The translations under genes and the position numbers were made by a program. A DNA stretch of 64,000 bases, taken from contig OZ245777.1 of the NCBI GenBank assembly GCA_965227775.1, positions 2,528,001-2,592,000 on the forward strand, in the 5' to 3' direction. Position 1 is the stretch's first letter, and the number at the start of each line of letters is the position of its first letter. Positions 28,733 through 38,049 of this stretch are shown piece by piece. The notes beneath the pieces are model-generated. The model did no database searches and was not told the DNA's origin. It saw nothing but the letters and a program-made list of their open reading frames with translations. Source of the DNA: Phycisphaerales bacterium (GTDB lineage Bacteria; Planctomycetota; Phycisphaerae; Phycisphaerales; UBA1924).

Positions 28733-30105
28733 GCCATGCGCACCCAGCGGACGAGCGTGCGGAAGTTCGGCGGCTTGCCGAACATGAGCATGCCCACGCG
28801 GAAGATCTTGCCTGCCAGCCAGATCGCAACGACCGCGCCGATGGCCGCAACGGCGAGGCTGAGCAGGACCTGCCACAAGGGCGGCGGATCGTTGCTGGCG
28901 ATCCTGAGCATCATGATGAAGGGGTTGATCGGCGGGATGAAGCTAAGCGTGACCGCCAGCGTCGAGTTGGGGGCTCGCGGCACCACGATCATCATGAAGT
29001 AGGGAATCATCATGAACATCATGATGGGCGTCATGAACGCCTGTGCCTCTCGAAGGTCATTGACCGCAGCTCCGGCGGCGGCCATGAGTGAGGCGATCAT
29101 GCCGTAACCTGTCAGGAAGAAAAGGAACATCCAGACCAGGTGCATGGGTGTAATCAGGTCGCCCAGAGCGAACGCGATGAGCGCAGCGATGCCCACGCCC
29201 GAGTAGATCGCCAGCATGGAAAGGCCCACGAGCATCTGGCCCAGGATCTTGCCGGCCATGAGCTGCGTCGGCGACACGGCGCTGAGCAACACCTCAACGA
29301 CGCGGTTGGACTTCTCCTCGATCGTCGTTGTGAGCAGGTATTGCCCGCCCGTAAAGACGGCGCCCAGGACAAGCAGCATCATGACCATGGGCAGGATGAA
29401 GCTCATGGCGCTCGTAGAATCCCGCTCGCCCTCCTCGGTGACTTCGGTCGTGCGTTCGGCGTTGACCGTTGTCAGGGCCTGGATGGTCGACTTCTCGAAA
29501 CCGTTGGCCTTGTAGCGTGCATCGAGCACGCCGCGGCGCAGGCCACCCTTAATCTCGTCGACGATACGCTCATCGAGCCGAGGCATGTGCGTCAACGCGA
29601 AAGCACCGAACTGCTCTGCGGTAACGTCTTTCACCACGGCGTCTGGATCGATTCGAGCAATGGCAATGGTTGAACTCGGATCGTCCTTGACCGCCTGGCG
29701 GATGCGCTCCTTGGCGTCATCAAAGTCGGCATCCGGGGGAAGAACCTCGACGGTGAGCTGAGGAAGCTCGCCCTGCGTCATCGCCATTGCCTGGTCCATG
29801 GAGCCCTCGGGAGCGGCGGGCATCCCAGGCAGGGCCTCGCTCACACGCCGGACCATTTCGCCCCGCCTCTCGGCGATGGCCTGCGGGCTCAGGTACTCGG
29901 TCAGGAGCGGTGCGACCTCGCCGGTCGGATCGATGATGGCCACCGTGCCGACGACAGCTGGCGCCTTCTGCTGGCTGATGATGAAGATGATCACCGGGAT
30001 CGCGACGGCCAGAACGGCGGGCACAACGACGGCGCCGATGATGAAGCCCTTGGTCAGTACGGTCGACGCGAACTCGCGACCGGCGATGTGCAGGATGCGG
30101 ATCAT
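28729..30105 (-). CDS. ABC-2/NatB-like exporter permease
   Basis: IAGREF N-terminus, large extracytoplasmic loop, EEKSNRVVEVLLS, GKILG, FRVGMLMFGK. Confidence 0.9.
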   Translation of the reverse strand: MIRILHIAGREFASTVLTKGFIIGAVVVPAVLAVAIPVIIFIISQQKAPAVVGTVAIIDPTGEVAPLLTEYLSPQAIAERRGEMVRRVSEALPGMPAAPEGSMDQAMAMTQGELPQLTVEVLPPDADFDDAKERIRQAVKDDPSSTIAIARIDPDAVVKDVTAEQFGAFALTHMPRLDERIVDEIKGGLRRGVLDARYKANGFEKSTIQALTTVNAERTTEVTEEGERDSTSAMSFILPMVMMLLVLGAVFTGGQYLLTTTIEEKSNRVVEVLLSAVSPTQLMAGKILGQMLVGLSMLAIYSGVGIAALIAFALGDLITPMHLVWMFLFFLTGYGMIASLMAAAGAAVNDLREAQAFMTPIMMFMMIPYFMMIVVPRAPNSTLAVTLSFIPPINPFIMMLRIASNDPPPLWQVLLSLAVAAIGAVVAIWLAGKIFRVGMLMFGKPPNFRTLVRWVRMA

Positions 30106-31091
30106 GCCGACGCTCCTTCCAGGGCTTCGCTCTCATCGCCCGAGCCTCGCAGCGAGTCGCGGACCTCGGCTTCCGTGGCGCCGCTGCCACCCGCGACCTC
30201 CTCGACGAACACGTCCTCGAGCGTCACGCGCTTGGCTGCAACGCTGCGCACCTGGATGGCAACAGCGATTTCGCGCACCGCGTGTGAAGCTGGCAAACGC
30301 TCGGGGTCGACGTGGGCCGCCCAGCCTTCACGAGTGTTCTCCACACGGACAACGCCATCGATGCGCTCCACCGTCAGTGGATCTTCGCCCTCGACTGGCT
30401 CGAAGAGCACCATGCTCGATTCGTGCGTGGCGCGGATCTCGTCGATCGAGGCGTCGAGCACCTTCTGTCCGTTGTTGATCATCACGATGCCCTGGCACAT
30501 CTGCTCGGCCTGGAACATCACGTGCGTGCACAAGATGACCGTGCGGCCCTGCTGGTGCTGCTCGGTCATCAGGCTCTGGAGCAGTCGGAGGTTCACCGGG
30601 TCGAGCCCGCTGAAGGGCTCGTCCAAAATGATCAGCTCGGGCTCGTGCAGTACGGCCGAGATGAACTGCACCTTCTGCTGCATGCCCTTGGAGAGCTCTT
30701 CGCACCGCTTGCTGGCCGCGTCGGTGAGCTCGACGCGCTCGAGCCACTCGCCAACACGGGTGGTGAGGTCCGGGTCGGTCAGGCCCTTGAGCTTGCCCAT
30801 GTACTTGAGGAACTGCGTGACCTTCATCTTGCGGTACACGCCACGCTCTTCGGGCAGGTAGCCGATGCGATCCTTGCTCTGCAGGGCACTCTTCTTGCCC
30901 AGCACCTGCAGGGTGCCCGAATCGGGGAAGAGGATGGACATGAGCATGCGGATGGTCGTGCTCTTGCCCGCGCCGTTGGGGCCGATGAGGCCCGTCAGGC
31001 TGCCGGCCTTGACGCGCAGGTCGAGCCCCTCGACGGCCACCTTGGGCCCGAAGGTCTTGCGCAGGTTTTCCATCACGACGGCGTCTTGCAC
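30102..31091 (-). CDS. ABC transporter ATP-binding protein (NatA-like)
   Basis: GPNGAGKST, GYLPEERG, LSKGMQQK, ILDEPFSGLDP. Confidence 0.93.
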   Translation of the reverse strand: MQDAVVMENLRKTFGPKVAVEGLDLRVKAGSLTGLIGPNGAGKSTTIRMLMSILFPDSGTLQVLGKKSALQSKDRIGYLPEERGVYRKMKVTQFLKYMGKLKGLTDPDLTTRVGEWLERVELTDAASKRCEELSKGMQQKVQFISAVLHEPELIILDEPFSGLDPVNLRLLQSLMTEQHQQGRTVILCTHVMFQAEQMCQGIVMINNGQKVLDASIDEIRATHESSMVLFEPVEGEDPLTVERIDGVVRVENTREGWAAHVDPERLPASHAVREIAVAIQVRSVAAKRVTLEDVFVEEVAGGSGATEAEVRDSLRGSGDESEALEGASA

Positions 31092-31185
31092 GAGCGTGGC
31101 TCCTCTCCGGCTGATCCGGTTTGGGCGGCAACTGTAGGGGCAGGTGGCTGCTCGCTCGTGTTGTTGGGTGTTGCCTCGGAGGGAT

Positions 31186-31743
31186 TTACCGAGGCGGATT
31201 CGCTCGGGGACGATTCCAGGGCATCATCGCGAGCAGGCGGGCCATACCGCAATAGCCACTGACGCCCGCAAAGACTAAGCCGCAGCCAACGAAGGCCGGT
31301 ACAACGAAGAACCAAGAGCTGAACGCGATGCCCAGCAGCGTCCCTGCGGCCACGAGCGAGCCGGCAACGATCTGAACCTGCCGCATGACGTCCAGCTTCG
31401 GAGCGCCGGCGGGGTGTTCGACGGGGTGGCCGAGCGACTTCCAGGCCTCGATGCCGCCGTCGAGGTGGAACGCTTCAATGCCCGAGGCAGCAAGGGCCTG
31501 GTGGCATCGCTCTAGAGCCTTTCCAGACCGAGCGCCACTCCGGCAATGGAAGACCATCCGCTCGGCCGACGGCTCGAGCTTGAGCTTGTCTGGCTCGACC
31601 TGCGCCAGGGGCACATGCCGAGCGCCCTCGATGCGCTCGGTCGCGTGTTCGAACGTTTCGCGCACGTCCACCAGCACGGCGCAGCCCGAGTCGAGCCACG
31701 ATCGCAGCGTGCTGGCATCAACCGTCCGGTTGCTGCCGTCCAT
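31186..31743 (-). CDS. Rhodanese + DUF2892 membrane protein (YgaP-like)
   Basis: VDVRETFE, HCRSGARS, LDGGIEAW; RQVQIVAG...GYCGMARLLAMMPWN. Confidence 0.88.
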   Translation of the reverse strand: MDGSNRTVDASTLRSWLDSGCAVLVDVRETFEHATERIEGARHVPLAQVEPDKLKLEPSAERMVFHCRSGARSGKALERCHQALAASGIEAFHLDGGIEAWKSLGHPVEHPAGAPKLDVMRQVQIVAGSLVAAGTLLGIAFSSWFFVVPAFVGCGLVFAGVSGYCGMARLLAMMPWNRPRANPPR

Positions 31744-31757
31744 GTTGCGAGACTCCC

Positions 31758-33191
31758 CTAACGATCCGCGGACGAACGGGCGACGCGTGCCTGGTCCTCT
31801 TGCCAGGCCGCGTAGCCGCCCTTCAGATTCACAACGTCAAACCCGAGGCGCTGGAGATAGCCGCAGGCCCTGGCGGAGCGGACCCCCGCCTGGCAGTGGA
31901 CCAGCAGCGTTCCATCGCGTGACAATTCATCGAGCCGCGACGCAAGGCGCGTGTGCGCGATGTTTGTGGCGTTCTCGATGTGACCAGCGGCGTACTCAGT
32001 CGCACGCCGGACGTCGAGCACGCTGACGCGGCCCTCGGCGATCATGTCGGCGGCTTCTGCCGGCTCGACCTCATTTACGGATTCGAGTTCGCCGTACGAA
32101 GCCACGTCTTCTGGCTTGATCCAGCCCTTGATGCGATCGAGGCCGATGCGCGAGAGATCGCGGAGTACCTCTTCGATCTGGTCATCGTGCGCGACCAGAT
32201 AGATGTCCTCGTCCTCGCGCACCATCGAGCCCGCATCGGTTGGGAAGGAAGTTTGCAGCGGGAAGCTCATCGAGCCAGGCAGGTGTCCATCGCGGAACTC
32301 GGGCCACGGCCTCGTGTCGACAATGGCGACCTGGTGCGGATCCAGTTTCGCCACGTCTGCAGCGAGCGCAGGCCGTGCAGGTGGCAGGCCGCCGATGACA
32401 TCGGGGCCGTCGCGGTTGATCCGCTTCATGCGCGCAAAGTAGATCGGGGGCTCGGGCTGGCCTTCGAGGATCAGGTCGACGAACGCGCGCTCGTTGGACG
32501 CGGGACCAATGGCCGACCGCAACGGCTCGTTGAACCGCTTCTCGTAGCCCACAGTGCTCATCGGTACGGCGCCGAGCGCCTTGCCGCATGCGCTACCGGC
32601 GCCGTGGCCGGGCCAGACCTGGACGAACTCGGGCAAGCTCGGCAGCCACTTCGCGCTCTCGAAGAGCTGCCGTGCTCCTGGCTCGCGCGCGCCCACCTGG
32701 CCGGCCGCAGTCTCGAGCAGGTCGGGCCGCCCAAGATCGCCCACGAACACGAAGTCGCCCGTGCAGACGCCGATGGGCTCTCCTGCCCCGGAGCCGTGAT
32801 CGGTCACCACGTAGACCATGTGTTCGGGCGTGTGGCCCGGCGTGTGGACGGCGCGAAAACCGATGTTGCCGATCCGAAACTCGTCGCCGTTACGAAGGAT
32901 GACGTGGTCGTACGCCCTGGCCCATGTGCTCTGCCAGTCGTCGCCGCCTTCGCCCGAGACATAGACCGTAGCGCCGGTTCGCTCGGCCATTTCGCGTGCA
33001 CCACTCACGAAGTCGGCGTGGATGTGCGTCTCGGCAACGGCTGTAATGCGTAGATCGTTCTCTCGTGCGACCTCGATGTACCGGTCGACGTCTCGCTCGG
33101 GATCGACAACGATGGCCTCGCCGGATCGCTGGCAGCCGATGAGATAGGCCGCTTGGGCCAGCTTCTCGTCATAGATCATGCGCATGAACAT
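31758..33191 (-). CDS. MBL-fold persulfide dioxygenase fused to rhodanese domains (CstB/Blh-like)
   Basis: ETHIHADFVSG, TPGHTPEH, GDLGRPDL, PGHGAGSACGK, rhodanese HCQAGVRS. Confidence 0.88.
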   Translation of the reverse strand: MFMRMIYDEKLAQAAYLIGCQRSGEAIVVDPERDVDRYIEVARENDLRITAVAETHIHADFVSGAREMAERTGATVYVSGEGGDDWQSTWARAYDHVILRNGDEFRIGNIGFRAVHTPGHTPEHMVYVVTDHGSGAGEPIGVCTGDFVFVGDLGRPDLLETAAGQVGAREPGARQLFESAKWLPSLPEFVQVWPGHGAGSACGKALGAVPMSTVGYEKRFNEPLRSAIGPASNERAFVDLILEGQPEPPIYFARMKRINRDGPDVIGGLPPARPALAADVAKLDPHQVAIVDTRPWPEFRDGHLPGSMSFPLQTSFPTDAGSMVREDEDIYLVAHDDQIEEVLRDLSRIGLDRIKGWIKPEDVASYGELESVNEVEPAEAADMIAEGRVSVLDVRRATEYAAGHIENATNIAHTRLASRLDELSRDGTLLVHCQAGVRSARACGYLQRLGFDVVNLKGGYAAWQEDQARVARSSADR

Positions 33192-33238
33192 GGGATCGTC
33201 CTCGTACTCGCATTGTAGAGGGACGCGTGGCGACGCGT

Positions 33239-34237
33239 TCAGGCGTCGGCCGGGACCGCCGCCGAACCCGCAGCCCGCGACCAACGGTCGAGGGCGGGTG
33301 CGTCCGTCAGGTCGTACCTCAGCGGCGTGACCGTCACGGCGCGGCGGAAGAGCCAGTCGACATCGGTCCCGCTCTCGGTGTCCTGGAAGTCCATGCCGCC
33401 GGCGGCCGCCCAGAAGTACGCCCGTCCGCCCGGGCTCACGCGGCCCTCGAAGCGGTCGACGTGGCCGTGCGTGTTCATGGGGCACGCGACAATGGGAAGC
33501 CGCTCGTTCGGGTCGGCCTTGTGCACGGTGGCGTCCTGACCCTGCCGCGTGACGCGCGTGTCGGACTGGTCGAAGTTGGTGGGAAGGCCGGCGCTCGTGC
33601 GCTGGTGGCTGGCCTTCTCACGCGCCTCGGGCGTGTCCTCGATCGGATCCTCGCAGCGCGGCACGTTCATGTTGAGCACTTCGTGGGGGCTCGGGAGCCC
33701 GCCGGCCAGCAGCGTCTCGATGGCGCGCCGGGCGTGGATTGCGCCAATGTCGAAGCGCGTCGATGCACGGCCGAGGTGCAGGCTGACCGCGATCGACGGG
33801 ATACCCAAGAAGGCCGCCTCGATCGCCGCGGCAACCGTGCCGGAGTAGATCACGTTGATGCCGCAGTTGGCCCCGGCGTTCATGCCGCTGATGACCAGAT
33901 CAGGCCTCGAGCCCTTGCCGAACTGTCCGGGCCAAATTTCGCTCAGCGCAAGCTTCACGCAGTCGGCCGGGCGACCGTCGACCGCCGTCCCGGTCATGCG
34001 CCCGCGGATGCGGCTGGGCTCGACCATGAGCGGCTCGTGGAAGGTCACGCCGTGGCTCGTGGCGCTCTGCACGGTCGCCGGCGCCACGGTGTAGATCGTC
34101 TCGACCGGCGTGCCGGCGATCGAGATGGGCCCACCCAGCGTGCCCTCGTGGCCGGGAATGGTGTCCATCAGCGCGTCGTAGAGAGCCACAATGCCGGGGG
34201 CCCGGATGCCGTCGTCGTTGGTGAGCAAGATCCTCAT
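33239..34237 (-). CDS. surE: 5'/3'-nucleotidase SurE
   Basis: MRILLTNDDGI, GRPADCVKLA, ISGMNAGAN, YSGTVAAA, VTPLRYDLT. Confidence 0.93.
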   Translation of the reverse strand: MRILLTNDDGIRAPGIVALYDALMDTIPGHEGTLGGPISIAGTPVETIYTVAPATVQSATSHGVTFHEPLMVEPSRIRGRMTGTAVDGRPADCVKLALSEIWPGQFGKGSRPDLVISGMNAGANCGINVIYSGTVAAAIEAAFLGIPSIAVSLHLGRASTRFDIGAIHARRAIETLLAGGLPSPHEVLNMNVPRCEDPIEDTPEAREKASHQRTSAGLPTNFDQSDTRVTRQGQDATVHKADPNERLPIVACPMNTHGHVDRFEGRVSPGGRAYFWAAAGGMDFQDTESGTDVDWLFRRAVTVTPLRYDLTDAPALDRWSRAAGSAAVPADA

Positions 34238-34471
34238 TAGGGGAGCGTAGGGCCTCGGGCACTCGGCCCGCATACCTTTGCAGCTGATGACCGTCTCGGC
34301 CTGAACAGGTTTCTCGGCCCATCCGGGGCTTCCCGCCGCGCTCGACCAGAGCAGGCGTGGTGCTGCTGCGCTCTGCCCGCGCGTTGGATGGATCGATCTC
34401 GCGGGCGACGTACCAGCCTGTTCATGACGGCCCCCGCCGGGCACGTTCCGGCGAGATGGATCTCCCAACAC

Positions 34472-34933
34472 ATGCCACGAGCACACCGCACCGGCGACCA
34501 ACGCGCCGGCCACCACCCTGATCATCATCAGGAGCGCGACCATCTCCAGCCCCGCGCGCGCGGCGGCCACTACGGTCGCCGCAACGAATCGGACGGATTT
34601 ACCTGCATCTGCTGCAAGGCCCGCGTGAGCGGCCGCGCCTGGGGCACGAAGCAGCGCAACCACTGCCCGGCTTGCCTGCACAGCAAGCACGTCGACAATC
34701 AGCCCGGCGACCGCGCGAGCGCCTGCGGCGGCGCGATGGAGCCCATCGCCGTCGCCGTACGCTCGAGCGGCGAGGACGCCGGCGAGTGGGTCCTCGTGCA
34801 CCGCTGCAACCGCTGCGGCGTGCTGCGCGTCAACCGCATCGCCGGCGACGACAGCGAACGCGCCCTGCTCGCGCTCGCCCTGAGACCGCTCGCGCGGCCG
34901 GCGTTCCCCATCGATGACCCAAGGGGCGGCTAG
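34472..34933 (+). CDS. RNHCP domain-containing zinc-ribbon protein
   Basis: FTCICC, QRNHCPACLHSKHVDNQPGDRASACGGAM, HRCNRCG, NRIAGDD. Confidence 0.9.
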   Translation: MPRAHRTGDQRAGHHPDHHQERDHLQPRARGGHYGRRNESDGFTCICCKARVSGRAWGTKQRNHCPACLHSKHVDNQPGDRASACGGAMEPIAVAVRSSGEDAGEWVLVHRCNRCGVLRVNRIAGDDSERALLALALRPLARPAFPIDDPRGG

Positions 34934-36246
34934 TCGCAGCCTGCGTCGAACGCGTCGAAGTAACGCAGAAAGTCGAAGATCGTCAGTACGCCGTCGCCGT
35001 CGAAGTCGGCGCGGAGGTCGCCGTCCTGGAACAGGTTGGTGAAGGCCAGGAAGTCAAAGATGGTCACCTCGCCGTCGCCGTCGAGATCGACCGCGCAGGG
35101 CGGGGCCGGGTCGAGCACGGCCAGATAGCCCTCGGTGTTGCCATCGGGATTGGTTCCTGCACCGACGACGACGATGCGCCCGGTGTCGGCGTGCACACTG
35201 GCGTCCAACGCGAGGGTGAGCGTCCAGCCCGTCAGGTCGAGGCCGAAGTCGTTCACCAGCACGTCTTGCAGCGGGCGCATGCCATCGGTGTCGGTCCAGA
35301 TGAACGCTTGCAGGTCGCCGCCGTCCTGGGCCCAGCCGACGATGACGGTGCCGTCCTCGCTGACGGCGCGGGTGAAGATGCGGGCGCCGTCAAACTCGCT
35401 GGCGGTGGCCAGGATATCGAGGCCCGCGTCCGTCCACCGCGCCGCAGATTGGCCATCGTCAGTGCGCACCCACCCGGCGATCACCGAGCCGTCGAGGGTG
35501 ATGCTCTGCGCTTCGCCCCACGCGTCGGGTTCGGCGGGCAGCGGCAATGCCTGGATGCCATCGGCCGCAGTCCAGCGGAAGGGCACGCGCTGCTCGCCGT
35601 CCGGACTTGCAAACCCGGCGACGGTGGCGCCATCTCCGCTGATGGCGACCGACAGCGACGAGCCATCGGGCGTGAGCCGCCCCAGGCCGATCAGGCCGGT
35701 CGCCGATGTCCACAGGAACGCCTCGTCGCCGCGAAAGCCTGCCGCCGAACGGCTCGAACCAGTGATCGTCTCGCCATCAGTTGAAGCCGCACCGGCCTCG
35801 CTCTGGATGGGTCCGCCCGGTAGGTCGCCGAGCGACTGCATGCCCACGCCCTCGCGCCAGCGCATGGCGAGGAAGCCGTCGGGGGCGGAAGCCGTGCCGA
35901 CGATGGTCGATCCATCGGTGCTGACGCCCGCTGCGCTGCTAAAAAAGAAGCTGCCGCCGAGGTCGCCCAGGGCCTCGATTCCGCCAGACTGCGTCCAGCG
36001 AAAGGCCTCGCGCCCTCGTCCGCTCTGCGAGTTGCCCGAGACGACCAAGCCCGACAGGTTACCACCGGCAAGATCGAAGGAACTGACACCACTCGCTGAC
36101 GAGTTGAATTGGCCCCCTGCCAGATCGCCCAGCGGGAGGAACACCGACTGGGCGAACGCGCCGCCGGTGGTTACAGCGGTCGCCGCAACGGCTAGCAATG
36201 CGGTTGAGGTCGGTGATCCGAGATTCCTGGTTCCGTCACGCTTCAT
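34930..36246 (-). CDS. Secreted HAF-type repeat propeller protein with C-terminal GC-type dockerin-like anchor
   Basis: Repeats LGDLxGG...A.GVS.DGS.IVG...AFRW; C-terminus CAVDLDGDGEVTIFDF...DFDGDGVLTIFDF...AGC. Confidence 0.82.
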   Translation of the reverse strand: MKRDGTRNLGSPTSTALLAVAATAVTTGGAFAQSVFLPLGDLAGGQFNSSASGVSSFDLAGGNLSGLVVSGNSQSGRGREAFRWTQSGGIEALGDLGGSFFFSSAAGVSTDGSTIVGTASAPDGFLAMRWREGVGMQSLGDLPGGPIQSEAGAASTDGETITGSSRSAAGFRGDEAFLWTSATGLIGLGRLTPDGSSLSVAISGDGATVAGFASPDGEQRVPFRWTAADGIQALPLPAEPDAWGEAQSITLDGSVIAGWVRTDDGQSAARWTDAGLDILATASEFDGARIFTRAVSEDGTVIVGWAQDGGDLQAFIWTDTDGMRPLQDVLVNDFGLDLTGWTLTLALDASVHADTGRIVVVGAGTNPDGNTEGYLAVLDPAPPCAVDLDGDGEVTIFDFLAFTNLFQDGDLRADFDGDGVLTIFDFLRYFDAFDAGCD

Positions 36247-36360
36247 CTGGTTCCCTCCCACGCAACAAGCTTCTCTTCTTCGCAAGAGGATACCGCCAGA
36301 TCGAGCTTTGCAAGCCGGGAATGAGGGCAGATTCATGTCTTCTGGGTCAGCGGCGTGGGT

Positions 36361-36843
36361 TCAGGCCTTCGCGGCATCCCTTAGGAACGCGCGGTGCTTT
36401 CCGAGCCGAATGTCGGCGACCATGGCCTTGGCGATCGTGCCATCGGGGCTGAGCAGGTAGGTCACACGCCGGGGCATGCCGAGCATGCCGAGGGCGTCAA
36501 TGGCCTTGAGGATCGACTTGTTCTCGTCAGCGATGATCGGGAAGGGCAACTCGTGCTTCATCTTGAAGCGCTCGTGGCTCTCGCGACCTTGAGGGCTGAT
36601 GCCGACCACGCGCAAGCCCGAGCCCTCGAGCTCGGCGGCCAGTTCGCCCATCGTGTCGCGCATCGCGCAGGCCTGGCGGGTGCACATGGGGGTGTTGTCG
36701 GCGGGATAGGAGTAGAGCACGATCGGGCCCTTGGTCGCAAGGTCCGCCAGCTTCGTGGGCTCGTCGCAGAGCCCCGGCGTGGGCGGGATCGTGACGTCCG
36801 GGATGGGAGAGCCTTCGGCAAGCACGGGCGAGTTTAGCTCCAT
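36361..36843 (-). CDS. bcp: Peroxiredoxin Q / bacterioferritin comigratory protein
   Basis: YPADNTPMCTRQAC (PxxxTxxC, CxxxxC), VVGISP, RVTYL. Confidence 0.88.
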   Translation of the reverse strand: MELNSPVLAEGSPIPDVTIPPTPGLCDEPTKLADLATKGPIVLYSYPADNTPMCTRQACAMRDTMGELAAELEGSGLRVVGISPQGRESHERFKMKHELPFPIIADENKSILKAIDALGMLGMPRRVTYLLSPDGTIAKAMVADIRLGKHRAFLRDAAKA

Positions 36844-36855
36844 ATCCTGTCGACG

Positions 36856-38049
36856 ATGATCGCGTCCAATGCCGTGTCCGACCGGTTGAGCGATTTCGGC
36901 TCGACCATCTTCGCCGAGATGACCGCGCTGGCTGTGCGTCACAAGGCCGTGAACCTGTCCCAGGGCTTCCCCGACTTCGAGGGCCCCGCCGCGATGCTCG
37001 AGGCGCTCGGGGAGGCCGCGGGGTCGGGCTTCAACCAGTACGCCCCGCTCACCGGTGTGCCCGAGCTGCGCCACGGCGTCGCCCAGTGGTTCAATAAGTT
37101 TGGCGGGTTCGAGATCGACTCTGATACCTGGGTCACAGCGACCTGTGGCTGCACCGAGGCGATCGCCGCAAGCATGCTGGGGCTGATGAACCCGCGCGAT
37201 GGCCTCGTTGTCTTCCAGCCCTGCTACGACAGCTATCAGGCGACGGCGTCGATGGCGGGGGCCACGCTCCTGCCCGTGACGCTTGTTCCCGACGCTGGCG
37301 GCCGGTTCACCTTCAACCCGGACGACCTGCGCGCTGCTTTCGAGCAGAAGCCCCAGGCCGTCCTCCTCAACACGCCGCACAATCCTACGGGTTTGGTATT
37401 CACTGAAGACCAGCTCGCGCTCATCGCCGAATTGTGCGTGCGGCACGACGCTTTTGCCATCAGCGATGAGGTCTACGACCACTTGGTGTACGAGGGCCGT
37501 CACCATCGCCTGGCGAGCTTCGAGGGCATGGCCGAGCGCACGATCACGCTGGGCAGCATCGGCAAGCTATTCAGTGCGACGGGCTGGAAGGTCGGCTGGG
37601 CCGTGGCGCCGCCACGCTTGGGCGAGGGTGTGCGCAGCGCCCACCAGTTCCTGACGTTCTGTGCGAACGCGCCGGCCCAGGCCGCCTCGGCCAAGGCGCT
37701 ACTCGAGCACCTCGACAGCACGATCGAGCTGCGCGATAACATGAAGGCGAATCGCGACCTGCTCTGTGATGCGCTGGAGCGCGTCGGGTTCAAAGTCTTC
37801 CGGCCGGCGGCTGGATACTTCGTTATGTGTGATCACACACCGGTGTCCAAGCGGCTAGGCATCGAGGGCCCCGATGCGGACATCGCGTTCTGCAGGCACC
37901 TGGTCGAGCAGGTTGGCGTCGCGGCGATCCCGCCGAGCTCGTTCTACGTCGATCGGTCGATGGGCTCGAAGTACGTCCGCTTTGCATTTTGCAAGAAGCG
38001 TGAGACGATCAAGCGGGCCATCGATCAACTCGAGACGCTCAGCGAATGA
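36856..38049 (+). CDS. PLP-dependent aminotransferase class I/II (YbdL-like)
   Basis: VNLSQGFPDF, NQYAP, LNTPHNPTG, SDEVY, SIGKLFSATGWKVGW, RFAFCK. Confidence 0.92.
   Translation: MIASNAVSDRLSDFGSTIFAEMTALAVRHKAVNLSQGFPDFEGPAAMLEALGEAAGSGFNQYAPLTGVPELRHGVAQWFNKFGGFEIDSDTWVTATCGCTEAIAASMLGLMNPRDGLVVFQPCYDSYQATASMAGATLLPVTLVPDAGGRFTFNPDDLRAAFEQKPQAVLLNTPHNPTGLVFTEDQLALIAELCVRHDAFAISDEVYDHLVYEGRHHRLASFEGMAERTITLGSIGKLFSATGWKVGWAVAPPRLGEGVRSAHQFLTFCANAPAQAASAKALLEHLDSTIELRDNMKANRDLLCDALERVGFKVFRPAAGYFVMCDHTPVSKRLGIEGPDADIAFCRHLVEQVGVAAIPPSSFYVDRSMGSKYVRFAFCKKRETIKRAIDQLETLSE

Noticed and set aside
34935..36130. Repeated DNA segments suggestive of CRISPR or tandem repeats
   Set aside because: They are in-frame protein repeats (HAF-type blades, dockerin halves) without constant repeat/spacer structure
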